From: Prevotella sp. CAG:1092
GTDB taxonomy: Bacteria; Bacteroidota; Bacteroidia; Bacteroidales; Bacteroidaceae
Assembly (NCBI GenBank): GCA_000436915.1
Contig: HF994128.1
Location: 60,311 to 124,310 of the forward strand
DNA length: 64,000 nt
Direction: 5' to 3'
The stretch's first letter is position 1. Each line of letters starts with the position of its first letter. This document shows positions 20,454-30,273 of the stretch, piece after piece. The position numbers were made by a program, and so were the translations under genes. The notes under the pieces were generated by a model. That model was given only the letters and a program-made list of their open reading frames with translations. It had not been told where the DNA came from and made no database searches.

Positions 20454-21893
20454 ATGGCTGAATTTATTGTAGCAATAGAACTTGGGTCGTCTAAGATGAC
20501 CGGAATTGCAGGAAAGAAAAACCTAGACGGTAGCTTTAATATTCTCGCTGTCGTTAAGGAGGAGAATATAGATTGCATCCGCAAGGGTATAATCTATAAT
20601 GAAGATAAGACTATTCAATCTCTCACCAACATCATCAAAAAGCTTGAAGCCAGCCTTAAGACAAAAATCAAGCAAGTATATGTTGGTGTAGGTGGTCAGT
20701 CTATCCGTAGTGTTAAAAGCACAAACATTAAAACACTTCCTGTCGAGACCACAGTGTCGCAGGATATGATAAACGAGCTCATGGATGCCAACCGCAACAT
20801 GTCATACCCTGAGCAAGAGATTCTTGATGCAGTAACATTGGAATACAAGGTTGACGCACAATACCAAATCGACCCTGTAGGTATCCAATGCTCACGCCTT
20901 GAAGGCAATTTCCTCAATATACTTTGGAGAAAAACTTTCTATCGCAAGCTCAACAAATGTTTCGACAATGCAGGTATAGCCATCGCTGAGATGTATCTTG
21001 CTCCTTTAGCTCTTGCCGAAAGTGTGCTCACTCCTGCTGAAAAGCGCTCGGGATGTTTGTTAGTTGACCTTGGTGCTGATACCACAACAGTATCAATATA
21101 TTCAAAGAACATTCTTCGCCATCTTGCAGTAATCCCTCTTGGTGGAAACAATATCACAAAGGATATTGCTTCGCTGCAAATCGAAGAGAAGGATGCTGAA
21201 AAGATGAAGCTTGAATATGGAAGTGCCTTCACCGACAACAACGATATTGACAACAGCAAGAAATATCCTATCGACAACGACCGTAATGTAGATTGCAGAA
21301 AGTTTATCGATATTGTAGAAGCTCGTACACAGGAAATCGTTGAGAATGTATACTCACAGATTCCAAGCGAATATATCGACAAATTGCTTGGTGGCATAAT
21401 CCTCACTGGTGGTGGTTCTAATATGAAGAACATTGAGGTTGCATTCCGCAACATCACTCATATGGACAAAATTAGGATTGCCAAGTTTGTTCATCAAACT
21501 ATAAATTCTAACAGCCCAAGCATCACAGCTCAAGATGGCACTATGAACACGGTATTGGCTATTTTAGCTAAGGGCGACATGAATTGTGCTGGCGACGAAT
21601 TGTCTAACGACCTATTCAACAACAATGTCGACACCCGTTCTAATGCCACTGTTCTCCCTGCAGATACTCCTAAAACTCCACGCACTCCAGGAACAGGCGT
21701 AGTGATGACAGAGGCAGAAAAGAAAGCTAAGGAAGAGGAAGAAGCTCGAAAGAAAAAAGAGGCTGAAGAAGAAAAGCGTAGAAAGGAAGAAGAGGCACGT
21801 TTGGAAAAAGAACGTCGCGAAAACTCTCCTGCTCACAAAATGTTCAGAGGCATTAAGAACTTCCTCAAGAAGGTTACTGAAGAGGAGGAGTAA
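20454..21893 (+). CDS. ftsA: Cell division protein FtsA with E/K/R-rich C-terminal linker and terminal amphipathic helix
   Basis: 479-aa actin-fold ORF (IELGSSKMTG…). C-terminal KKAKEEEEARKKKEAEEEKRRKEEEARLEKERR followed by MFRGIKNFLKKV. Confidence 0.9.
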   Translation: MAEFIVAIELGSSKMTGIAGKKNLDGSFNILAVVKEENIDCIRKGIIYNEDKTIQSLTNIIKKLEASLKTKIKQVYVGVGGQSIRSVKSTNIKTLPVETTVSQDMINELMDANRNMSYPEQEILDAVTLEYKVDAQYQIDPVGIQCSRLEGNFLNILWRKTFYRKLNKCFDNAGIAIAEMYLAPLALAESVLTPAEKRSGCLLVDLGADTTTVSIYSKNILRHLAVIPLGGNNITKDIASLQIEEKDAEKMKLEYGSAFTDNNDIDNSKKYPIDNDRNVDCRKFIDIVEARTQEIVENVYSQIPSEYIDKLLGGIILTGGGSNMKNIEVAFRNITHMDKIRIAKFVHQTINSNSPSITAQDGTMNTVLAILAKGDMNCAGDELSNDLFNNNVDTRSNATVLPADTPKTPRTPGTGVVMTEAEKKAKEEEEARKKKEAEEEKRRKEEEARLEKERRENSPAHKMFRGIKNFLKKVTEEEE

Positions 21894-21934
21894 ACCCATA
21901 ATTCTAAACAACAAACGCATAATACATAGTTTAT

Positions 21935-23266
21935 ATGGCTGACAATAATAACAAACCTACTATCCTCGACTTCGGCGAGGAAGAAAAAGGTAATAGCATA
22001 ATAAAGGTCATCGGTGTAGGTGGTGGCGGTGGCAATGCCGTAAACCACATGTACCGTGATGGCATCCATGATGTTACATTCGTACTTTGTAACACAGACA
22101 ACCAGGCGCTCAACGACTCTCCTGTTCCTGTACACCTGCAGCTTGGCAAAGAAGGACTTGGAGCTGGCAACAAGCCAGAACGTGCTCGTCAAGCAGCTGA
22201 AGAAACCATCGACGACATCAGAAACATGCTTAATGATGGTACAAAAATGGCTTTCATCACTGCAGGTATGGGTGGTGGAACTGGTACAGGTGCAGCTCCT
22301 GTCATCGCTCGTGTTAGCAAGGATATGGGTATCCTTACTGTTGGTATCGTAACAATACCTTTCAAGTTTGAAGGTCCAAAGAAAATCGACCAGGCTCTCG
22401 ATGGTGTTGAGCAAATGGCTAAGCATGTAGACGCCTTGCTCGTTATCAACAACGAACGTTTGCGCGAGATATATCCCGACCTTGCTGTACTTGATGCTTT
22501 TGCTAAGGCCGACGACACATTGAGCGTAGCTGCTAAGAGTATTGCTGAGATCATTACCGTTCACGGACTCATCAACCTTGACTTCAACGATGTTAAGACA
22601 GTGCTTAAAGATGGCGGTGTAGCTATAATGAGTACAGGTTTCGGACAGGGAGAAGGCAGAGTAAAGAATGCTATAGAAGATGCCCTCAACTCTCCTTTGC
22701 TCAACGACAACGATGTATTCAATTCTAAGAAGATTCTTCTTTCTATAACCTTCTCAAGCAATCAAGGCAAGTCGGCTGGTCTTACCATGGACGAGATGAA
22801 TGACGTCAACGACTTCATGGCTAAGTTTGGCGACGACTTCGAACTCAAATGGGGATTGGCTCTCGATCCAGATCTTGAAGATAAGGTTAAGGTTACCATC
22901 CTTGCAACAGGTTTCGGTATCGAAGATGTTGACGGAATGAGCAACCACAACCAAAAGCGCACACAGGAAGAGGCTGACCGCAGAGCAGAAGAGGCTGAGA
23001 AGAAGGCTGAAAAGCAAGATAGACGCAACAGATATTATAGAGACGACCCTAAGACACAAAACAAGCGTCGTCCACACATATATCTTTTCCGTCAGGAAGA
23101 CCTCGACAACGAAGATGTAATCCTTGCTGTAGAGAATACTCCTACCTACAAGCGTACACGTCAAACACTTGAAGAAATTCGTCGCCAGGCAAGTGGTATC
23201 ACTATGGCTACCGAAGACAAGAAAGAACCAGTACAGGGCGTAATCAGTTTCTCAGACGAGGGATAA
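21935..23266 (+). CDS. ftsZ: Cell division GTPase FtsZ
   Basis: 443-aa ORF. Tubulin signature GGGTGTG, NTD and T7 loop (NLDFNDV). Long charged C-terminal linker. Confidence 0.95.
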   Translation: MADNNNKPTILDFGEEEKGNSIIKVIGVGGGGGNAVNHMYRDGIHDVTFVLCNTDNQALNDSPVPVHLQLGKEGLGAGNKPERARQAAEETIDDIRNMLNDGTKMAFITAGMGGGTGTGAAPVIARVSKDMGILTVGIVTIPFKFEGPKKIDQALDGVEQMAKHVDALLVINNERLREIYPDLAVLDAFAKADDTLSVAAKSIAEIITVHGLINLDFNDVKTVLKDGGVAIMSTGFGQGEGRVKNAIEDALNSPLLNDNDVFNSKKILLSITFSSNQGKSAGLTMDEMNDVNDFMAKFGDDFELKWGLALDPDLEDKVKVTILATGFGIEDVDGMSNHNQKRTQEEADRRAEEAEKKAEKQDRRNRYYRDDPKTQNKRRPHIYLFRQEDLDNEDVILAVENTPTYKRTRQTLEEIRRQASGITMATEDKKEPVQGVISFSDEG

Positions 23267-23296
23267 AGATTATCGTTAACGGTCAAACACTATAAT

Positions 23297-23345
23297 AAAG
23301 ACATATAGTAGCATCGCATGGTGCAACTATATGTCTTTTCTTTTA
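23297..23345 (+). terminator. Rho-independent terminator after ftsZ (possibly bidirectional with recO)
   Basis: 12-bp perfect stem AAAGACATATAG/CTATATGTCTTT, 18-nt loop, followed by TTCTTTTAT. Confidence 0.6.
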
Positions 23346-23382
23346 TGCCTACGTTATATATTATAGCGCTTTATAAAATATA

Positions 23383-24135
23383 TCAAAACAACTCTCTCAA
23401 AACATCAAGAGTATGCATCTCTGGGAAACTTGGTACATGGATGCTATAGTATTTCAGCAATACATCAAGCAATTGGTTGCGCTCTTGCCTTGACATTTTG
23501 AAAAGATGCATATTCTCATAATTCATTCTTAGCAATGTCAACATCTTGCTTGCATCATTAGGCAACAACACGTCGGGATGAAAAGGATTTGATATACAAA
23601 ATGTTCCGCTACGCAAATCGAAACAACAACCTTCTGTATAATCCTCTACGTTGGGCGAAAAACCAACAAACTTTGCAAGCCTCATCATAAAGACAAGATG
23701 GAAGTTGGAAATATGCTCTTCCTTACCATCAAGCCACTCCAAACTCGACCTTATATAATTATATAATAATGAGTTGCGCTGCTCATCCCTCGTAACGGCA
23801 CAGAGAAATTCAGACAGAAACATCACGATACACATTTTCGAAGGATCTGTCATCATTGAACTATAAGGAAAAGCCAACGATGCAGACTTCAACGATTGCA
23901 GACTTCTGGTCTGTCTCACATCAAGTTCAATATCAAGCAAAGTGAACGGTTGAAAGAATGAGCGACGAAAACGAGCCTTAGGAGAATTGGAAACAGATGC
24001 CACTACCGACACTCGTCCCAATTCCTCAGTAAATAGGTCAATAATAAATTTATTATCCCCATATTTCACCATTTTAAGCACTAACGCTTGTGTTTTTGTC
24101 AACATATCAGTGCAAAAGTACAAAAAATCAAGCAT
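23383..24135 (-). CDS. recO: DNA repair protein RecO
   Basis: 250-aa ORF. The N-terminus from the internal Met (MLTKTQALVLKMVKYGDNKFIIDLFTEELGRVS) is typical of RecO, so the true start is probably at 24105. Confidence 0.75.
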   Translation of the reverse strand: MLDFLYFCTDMLTKTQALVLKMVKYGDNKFIIDLFTEELGRVSVVASVSNSPKARFRRSFFQPFTLLDIELDVRQTRSLQSLKSASLAFPYSSMMTDPSKMCIVMFLSEFLCAVTRDEQRNSLLYNYIRSSLEWLDGKEEHISNFHLVFMMRLAKFVGFSPNVEDYTEGCCFDLRSGTFCISNPFHPDVLLPNDASKMLTLLRMNYENMHLFKMSRQERNQLLDVLLKYYSIHVPSFPEMHTLDVLRELF

Positions 24136-24159
24136 TTATGAAAAATTTCTCTCGAAAAA

Positions 24160-24191
24160 TTTGCAGCATTAAAATAAATGCAGTACCTTTG
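24160..24191 (+). promoter_or_regulatory. Bacteroidetes sigma-A-type promoter for tRNA-Glu (TTTG at 24160-24163, TACCTTTG -7 at 24184-24191, 20-nt spacing)
   Basis: Match to the Bacteroides consensus TTTG…TAnnTTTG. The same 13-mer TACCTTTGCATCC precedes tRNA-Met. Confidence 0.55.
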
Positions 24192-24210
24192 CATCCGCTA
24201 AATAAACCAT

Positions 24211-24282
24211 GGTCCCTTCGTCTATCGGTTAGGACGAGAGATTTTCATTCTCTAAAGAGCAGTTCGATTCTGCTAGGGACTA
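24211..24282 (+). tRNA. tRNA-Glu (anticodon UUC)
   Basis: Hand-folded cloverleaf: acceptor GGTCCCT/AGGGACT, D-stem CGTC/GACG, anticodon stem AGAGA/TCTCT with loop TTTTCAT, T-arm AGCAG-TTCGATT-CTGCT, discriminator A. CCA not encoded. Confidence 0.8.
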
Positions 24283-24309
24283 CAAGAAAATAAAAAGAAT
24301 AAGATAAAG

Positions 24310-24564
24310 ATGGCAAATCACAAATCATCAGTTAAAAGAATTCGTCAGACGAAGACTAAGACTTTGCACAATAAGTATTATGCAAAGACAATGCGCAACG
24401 CTGTACGTAAGCTTCGCGCTATGACTGACAAGGAAGAGGCTGTAAAGCTCTATCCTACAGTACAGAAGATGCTTGACAAGTTGGCTAAGACCAACATCAT
24501 CCACAAGAACAAGGCTGCAAACTTGAAGTCAAGCCTCGCCCTTCACATCAACAGCTTGGGCTAA
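24310..24564 (+). CDS. rpsT: 30S ribosomal protein S20
   Basis: 84-aa basic ORF starting [13 protein letters not shown]…. Confidence 0.9.
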   Translation: MANHKSSVKRIRQTKTKTLHNKYYAKTMRNAVRKLRAMTDKEEAVKLYPTVQKMLDKLAKTNIIHKNKAANLKSSLALHINSLG

Positions 24565-24603
24565 TTATAGGCTTTGGCTGCAAATGGCAGACAAAAGATA
24601 AAT

Positions 24604-24641
24604 AGGTCATAAACCTTGCGGTTTATGACCTAATTCTTTTT
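24604..24641 (+). terminator. Rho-independent terminator of rpsT
   Basis: 12-bp stem AGGTCATAAACC/GGTTTATGACCT, 4-nt loop, then AATTCTTTTTAT. Confidence 0.75.
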
Positions 24642-24697
24642 ATACACCCACCATTTCGTAACACATCAATTGCCAACGACTCAGATTAAGGGCAAAA

Positions 24698-24781
24698 AAG
24701 TATCACGTGATACTTCGCAAAGTATCACGTGATACTTTGCAAAGTAATACGTAATACTTGGGCAAGTATCATATGATACTT
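24698..24781. promoter_or_regulatory. Array of four 18-bp palindromes (AAGTATCACGTGATACTT x2, AAGTAATACGTAATACTT, AAGTATCATATGATACTT) with centres exactly 22 bp apart, upstream of gyrB
   Basis: Direct reading. Centres at 24706.5/24728.5/24750.5/24772.5. Located between the rpsT terminator and the gyrB promoter-like TATCTTTG (24859-24866). Confidence 0.6.
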
Positions 24782-24889
24782 TTTTATGGCTATTTTTTAA
24801 AGATTTATTATATCAAAAATCAACCTTGAAAATATTTCGCTAATTCAATTATTTTTTATATCTTTGCACAATATAAGCATTATATAAAA

Positions 24890-26860
24890 ATGGAAGAAAA
24901 TCAGAACACAGAAAATAATTATTCCGCCAGTAACATCCAGGTGCTGGAAGGTCTTGAGGCCGTTCGCAAGCGTCCTGCCATGTATATTGGCGATATTAGT
25001 GAGAAAGGTCTTCACCATCTTGTAAATGAGACTGTCGACAACTCTATCGACGAGGCTATGGCTGGTTATTGTACCGATATCGAGGTTACAATCAACGAAG
25101 ACGAGTCTATCACCGTACAAGACAACGGTCGTGGTATCCCTGTTGATATGCACGAGAAGTTACACAAGAGCGCCCTTGAGGTAGTAATGACTGTGCTCCA
25201 TGCCGGAGGTAAGTTCGACAAGGGTTCTTACAAGGTCAGCGGTGGTCTCCATGGTGTTGGTGTAAGCTGTGTTAACGCGTTGTCTACCCACATGATGTCA
25301 CAGGTATTCCGCAATGGCAAAATCTATCAGCAGGAATACGAGAAAGGAAAGCCTTTGTATCCTGTAAAGGTGGTTGGCGAAACCAATCTCAGAGGTACTC
25401 GCCAACAGTTCTGGCCAGATCCAACAATCTTCACTACCACACACTATCAGTGGGATATCATCGCACGCCGTATGCGTGAGCTTGCTTACCTTAACGCAGG
25501 TATCCGCATCACTCTTCGCGACCTTCGTCCAGACGAGGAAGGCAAGACAAAGGAAGAAGTTTTCCATGCAAAGGATGGTTTGAAGGAGTTTGTTCGCTAC
25601 GTAGACCGTCACCGTCAGCACTTGTTCGACGATGTAATCTATCTCAAGACAGAGAAAAACAATATTCCTATCGAGGTGGCTGTTATGTACAACACCGACT
25701 ATTCAGAGAATATCCACTCATACGTCAACAATATCAACACCATAGAGGGCGGTACTCACCTCACAGGTTTCCGTATGGCTCTCACCCGCACTCTGAAAGC
25801 TTATGCAGAAGCCGACCCTACTATCTCTAAGCAGATAGAGAAGGCAAAGGTAGATATTGCGCCAGAAGATTTCCGTGAAGGTCTTACTGCAGTTATCTCC
25901 ATCAAGGTTGCCGAACCACAGTTCGAAGGTCAGACAAAGACAAAGCTTGGCAATAGCGAGGTGCAGGGTGCCGTTCAGCAGGCTGTTAACGAGGCCCTCT
26001 CTTACTATCTTGAGGAGCATCCTACAGAGGCTAAGCAGATTTGCGAAAAGGTGGTACTTGCTGCTACAGCTCGTATCGCAGCACGCAAGGCTCGCGAGAG
26101 CGTACAGCGCAAGACTGTTATGACAGGTGGTGGATTGCCAGGCAAGCTTGCCGACTGCTCTAACAAGGATCCAAAGAATTGCGAAATATTCCTCGTCGAG
26201 GGTGACTCTGCGGGAGGTTCTGCTAAGCAGGGACGCGACCGCTATACACAAGCCATTCTTCCATTACGCGGAAAAATTCTTAACGTAGAAAAGGTACAAT
26301 GGCACAAGGTATTCGAGGCTGAGTCTGTAATGAATATCATCCAGTCTATCGGAGTCCGCTTCGGTGTAGATGGCGAAGATTCTAAGGAGGCTAACACTGA
26401 AAAGTTGCGCTACGACAAGATTATCATCATGACCGATGCCGATGTCGATGGTTCTCACATCGACACACTTATCATGACATTGTTCTATCGCTTCATGCCT
26501 AAGGTTATTCAGGAAGGTCACCTCTACATCGCTACTCCTCCATTGTATAAGTGTACATACAAGAAATTCAGCGAGTATTGCTACACCGAGCAGCAGCGCC
26601 AGGCTTTCATCGACAAATATGTTGATGGTCGCGACGACGACAAGGCTTTGCACACACAGCGCTACAAAGGTCTTGGTGAGATGAACCCTTCACAGCTTTG
26701 GGAAACCACAATGGATCCTAAGAGCCGTCTGCTGAAGCAGGTTACTATCGAGAATGCTGCCGAGGCTGATGAGATTTTCTCTATGCTTATGGGCGACGAT
26801 GTAGAGCCACGTCGTGAATTCATAGAGAAGAATGCTACATATGCTAATATCGACGCATAA
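24890..26860 (+). CDS. gyrB: DNA gyrase subunit B
   Basis: 656-aa ORF with GHKL ATPase (…GLHHLVNETVDNSIDEAMAGYC…), Toprim (EGDSAGG) and C-terminal GyrB motifs. Confidence 0.95.
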   Translation: MEENQNTENNYSASNIQVLEGLEAVRKRPAMYIGDISEKGLHHLVNETVDNSIDEAMAGYCTDIEVTINEDESITVQDNGRGIPVDMHEKLHKSALEVVMTVLHAGGKFDKGSYKVSGGLHGVGVSCVNALSTHMMSQVFRNGKIYQQEYEKGKPLYPVKVVGETNLRGTRQQFWPDPTIFTTTHYQWDIIARRMRELAYLNAGIRITLRDLRPDEEGKTKEEVFHAKDGLKEFVRYVDRHRQHLFDDVIYLKTEKNNIPIEVAVMYNTDYSENIHSYVNNINTIEGGTHLTGFRMALTRTLKAYAEADPTISKQIEKAKVDIAPEDFREGLTAVISIKVAEPQFEGQTKTKLGNSEVQGAVQQAVNEALSYYLEEHPTEAKQICEKVVLAATARIAARKARESVQRKTVMTGGGLPGKLADCSNKDPKNCEIFLVEGDSAGGSAKQGRDRYTQAILPLRGKILNVEKVQWHKVFEAESVMNIIQSIGVRFGVDGEDSKEANTEKLRYDKIIIMTDADVDGSHIDTLIMTLFYRFMPKVIQEGHLYIATPPLYKCTYKKFSEYCYTEQQRQAFIDKYVDGRDDDKALHTQRYKGLGEMNPSQLWETTMDPKSRLLKQVTIENAAEADEIFSMLMGDDVEPRREFIEKNATYANIDA

Positions 26861-26878
26861 TTATCAAACAATAATACT

Positions 26879-26926
26879 AAAAGGGAACTCTGTAGGGCCA
26901 CAATGGCTTCAGGGTTCCCTTTTTAA
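26879..26926 (+). terminator. Terminator-like hairpin after gyrB
   Basis: Stem AAAGGGAAC/GTTCCCTTT with 24-nt loop followed by TTTTAAAAA. Confidence 0.5.
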
Positions 26927-26943
26927 AAATCCTTTAAGCAGTA

Positions 26944-29334
26944 ATGAAACTATTATCTAAACCTTCGGCTATCCTACTTGCCTTGACAAGCTTCGGCAAT
27001 GCCTATGCCGAACAACTACCTATGCGACTATGGTACAATCGCCCTGCTGAGTATTTTGAAGAAGCCTTGCCTATCGGCAACGGCAAAATGGGAGCCATGA
27101 TCTATGGTGGTGTTGACGACAACACACTTTACCTCAACGACATCACACTATGGACAGGCAAACCTGTCGACCACAACCTCGACAAGGATGCTCACACATG
27201 GTTGCCAAAGGTGCGTGAAGCTCTTTTCAATGAAGACTATCGCAAGGCTGAAGACCTGCAGAAACATATCCAAGGTCCTAACAGCCAATACTATCAGCCA
27301 CTTGCCACACTTCATATCTACGATGAAATGGGCAAAAAAGCCACTAACTATTATCGTTCGCTAAGTATCGACAGCGCTATCTGTCGCGATTCATACACCA
27401 TCAACGGTGTTAACTACAGTCGTGAATACTTTGCTTCAAACCCTGACAAGCTCATCGCTATTCGGCTGAAAGCAGACAAGCCAGGAGCTATCACGCAGCA
27501 AATAATGCTCACTGGTCAGACTCCTCACAAGGTGAAAGCAAGCATCAATCAGCTCACTATGACTGGCCATGCAGTTGGCGATCCACTCAACTCAGTACAC
27601 TTCTGCACCATCCTTCAGGCTAATGCCACAGATGGTACAATCAGCGCTACAGACTCTTCTTTATATATAAAAGGGGCAACAGACGTTACTATCTATATCG
27701 TAAACGAAACAAGCTTCAATGGCTCCGACAAGCATCCTGTTACTCAGGGCGCTCCATATATAGAAACTGCAGCCGACGACATTTGGCACACCAAGAACCA
27801 TAAATACGATGACTTCTTATCGCGCCATGTTGCCGACTATAGCAAGTATTTCTCGCGCCTATCGTTCACCCTCGATGGAGCTAAATACAATTACGACATC
27901 CCTACCGACTCTTTGCTAAAGCAATATACCGATAAGGGTGGACAGAGCCGTTACCTCGAAATGCTATATATGCAATATGGCAGATATCTGCTCATTTCTT
28001 GTTCTCGTACACCTGGTGTACCAGCCAACTTGCAAGGTCTGTGGGCAAACAAGCTATATTCGCCTTGGCGAAGCAACTATACTGTAAACATCAACCTTGA
28101 GGAAAACTATTGGCCAGCCGAAGTTGCCAACCTCTCTGAAATGGCAATGCCACTATGGGACTTCATGCAGCATTTGGCAAAGAATGGTAGCTACGTGGCT
28201 AAAAACTACTACGGTATAAACCGCGGATGGTGTTCAAGCCATAATAGCGACCTATGGGCTATGGCAAACCCTGTAGGCGAGAAACATGAGAGTACCACAT
28301 GGAGCAACTGGAACATGGGATTAGTTTGGCTTTCGCAAGCTCTATGGGAACACTATGCCTTCACTATGGATAAGCAATTCCTTGCCAATACAGCTCTCCC
28401 TATTCTTAAAGGTGCAACTGAGTTCTGCGAAGATTGGCTCATAGAGAATCCTCACAAGAAGGGTGAACTCTTCACAGCTCCTTCTACAAGTCCTGAGAAC
28501 AAATACCGCTTGTCTGATGGTTTCAAGGGTGGCACTTGCTATGGTGGTACTGCCGATCTCGCTATAATCCGCGAGCTATTCAACAACACCATTGCTGCAA
28601 ACAAAATCTGTGATGGCACCACATTGGCATCAGTAGAAGATAAGCTACAGCGCCTACATCCATACACCGTAGGCAAGATGGGGGACATCAACGAATGGTA
28701 TTTCGATTGGGACGACGAAGACTTCCAACATCGTCATCAGAGCCATCTCATCGGTCTATATCCAGGTCATCAGATAACTCCTATCAAGACTCCAGACCTT
28801 GCAAAGGCTTCTGTTCGTAGCCTCGAGATAAAGGGCGATATGACAACAGGATGGAGCACAGGATGGAGAATAAACCTTTGGGCTCGACTAAATCGTCCTG
28901 ACCAAGCATACCATATTTATCAGAAATTGCTCACCTACGTGAGTCCTGATGAATACAAAGGTCCTGACCGTCGCAGAAGTGGAGGCACCTACCCTAACCT
29001 CTTCGATGCTCACCCACCATTCCAGATAGATGGCAACTTTGGTGGTACTGCAGGCGTTTGCGAGATGCTTGTGCAGAGTTCGCTTGAGCTAACTGCAGCC
29101 AACCAGCCAATAGCTACTATCACCCTCCTTCCAGCATTGCCAAACGAATGGAGCAAGGGAGAAATAAAGGGTATCAAAGCTCGTGGCGGTTATACTATCG
29201 ACATGAAATGGGCTAACGGCAAGGTTGTAGAGGCTATTATAACAGCTTCTGTCAACGGCAAAGCCACCGTCAACTACAATGGCTCATCGAAACAAATATC
29301 TCTCAAAGCAGGCAAAAAGAAAGTACTGAAATAA
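26944..29334 (+). CDS. Glycoside hydrolase family 95 alpha-L-fucosidase (secreted)
   Basis: 796-aa ORF with signal peptide. N-terminal GH95 signature (WYNRPAEYFEEALPIGNGKMGAMIYGG…LNDITLWTG). Confidence 0.8.
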   Translation: MKLLSKPSAILLALTSFGNAYAEQLPMRLWYNRPAEYFEEALPIGNGKMGAMIYGGVDDNTLYLNDITLWTGKPVDHNLDKDAHTWLPKVREALFNEDYRKAEDLQKHIQGPNSQYYQPLATLHIYDEMGKKATNYYRSLSIDSAICRDSYTINGVNYSREYFASNPDKLIAIRLKADKPGAITQQIMLTGQTPHKVKASINQLTMTGHAVGDPLNSVHFCTILQANATDGTISATDSSLYIKGATDVTIYIVNETSFNGSDKHPVTQGAPYIETAADDIWHTKNHKYDDFLSRHVADYSKYFSRLSFTLDGAKYNYDIPTDSLLKQYTDKGGQSRYLEMLYMQYGRYLLISCSRTPGVPANLQGLWANKLYSPWRSNYTVNINLEENYWPAEVANLSEMAMPLWDFMQHLAKNGSYVAKNYYGINRGWCSSHNSDLWAMANPVGEKHESTTWSNWNMGLVWLSQALWEHYAFTMDKQFLANTALPILKGATEFCEDWLIENPHKKGELFTAPSTSPENKYRLSDGFKGGTCYGGTADLAIIRELFNNTIAANKICDGTTLASVEDKLQRLHPYTVGKMGDINEWYFDWDDEDFQHRHQSHLIGLYPGHQITPIKTPDLAKASVRSLEIKGDMTTGWSTGWRINLWARLNRPDQAYHIYQKLLTYVSPDEYKGPDRRRSGGTYPNLFDAHPPFQIDGNFGGTAGVCEMLVQSSLELTAANQPIATITLLPALPNEWSKGEIKGIKARGGYTIDMKWANGKVVEAIITASVNGKATVNYNGSSKQISLKAGKKKVLK

Positions 29335-29373
29335 AGAGATCAACTATACAAAAGGAATATAATAAAATAAAAG

Positions 29374-30273
29374 ATGCGTAGAATATTGGTTATCATATCA
29401 TGCATGTTGTCTACATTTATGGCAATGGCTCAAGAATACAACCTTCGTTGGATTTCCTCGCCATGCGTTGACTCTACTGCTCAGATATGGTTTCGCAACC
29501 AATACGTACATCATAAGAAAATAAAGAAAGCTTACGTCTGCATAGCTACAACTGGCTATGCAGACCTTTATATAAATCGTCGCAACGCAAGTCGCAATTA
29601 TCTTGCGCCATACCGACAGCCATATTCCGACTACCCTGTTTCTACTACCTACGACATCACTCGCTTTTCGCGCCCTGATACCACTACCATTGCCGTATGG
29701 TATTCTCCTTCATATCCACATATCAACAATCGTCAGCTATCCCTCATCTATTACGGCACCTATCAGGATGGCTCATCGTTCTCTTTTGCTTCCGACGAAT
29801 CGTGGCTATGCCGTCCATCATGCTCGCAGTTTAACAGCAAAGGTAGTGAAACCATCGACGGTAGAATCGACAAAAATGAATGGAAAGCTAATCAAATCAA
29901 CGACCTTGCACTATGGCAAGGATGCAAAAAGCAGCCCATTTCATCGTCAGAATATCCCCATTCCACCGATAATCTCAATAATACCATAGAGAGCATCATT
30001 CCCTATCGCTATTTCGACATAGAGAAAGATACCATAACCTATGATTTCGGTTTGGGCTTCATAGGCTTTGCCCGTGTAACCCTTCGTGGTGCGAGAAAGG
30101 GCGAACGTATCTTCATCGGCGATATGGAATATATCTGTAGCGGTCAGCTTGACGAGCAAGCTTGCCTTCGCTTTACCACAATGCCCGTCCGCAAACTAAC
30201 TATCTATGGCGACAATAAGTTTCGTGCTGACCATATAGTAAATGTAGAAGGTATTAGTATAATAAGCCACTAA
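29374..30273 (+). CDS. Alpha-L-rhamnosidase (GH78) N-terminal-domain protein, likely truncated remnant
   Basis: 299-aa ORF with signal peptide. Its central segment (KAYVCIATTGYADLYINRRN…LAPY…YDIT…) matches the bacterial rhamnosidase N-terminal domain. No catalytic (alpha/alpha)6 domain follows and the next gene starts about 100 bp downstream. Confidence 0.4.
   Translation: MRRILVIISCMLSTFMAMAQEYNLRWISSPCVDSTAQIWFRNQYVHHKKIKKAYVCIATTGYADLYINRRNASRNYLAPYRQPYSDYPVSTTYDITRFSRPDTTTIAVWYSPSYPHINNRQLSLIYYGTYQDGSSFSFASDESWLCRPSCSQFNSKGSETIDGRIDKNEWKANQINDLALWQGCKKQPISSSEYPHSTDNLNNTIESIIPYRYFDIEKDTITYDFGLGFIGFARVTLRGARKGERIFIGDMEYICSGQLDEQACLRFTTMPVRKLTIYGDNKFRADHIVNVEGISIISH

Noticed and set aside
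24698-24889. Possibility that the 22-bp phased palindromes plus the adjacent AT-rich tract are a chromosomal origin (oriC) or plasmid-type iteron origin
   Set aside because: No dnaA or rep gene nearby and no TTATCCACA-like DnaA boxes. The context is an ordinary rpsT-gyrB intergenic region. Kept only as a low-probability alternative in the finding.
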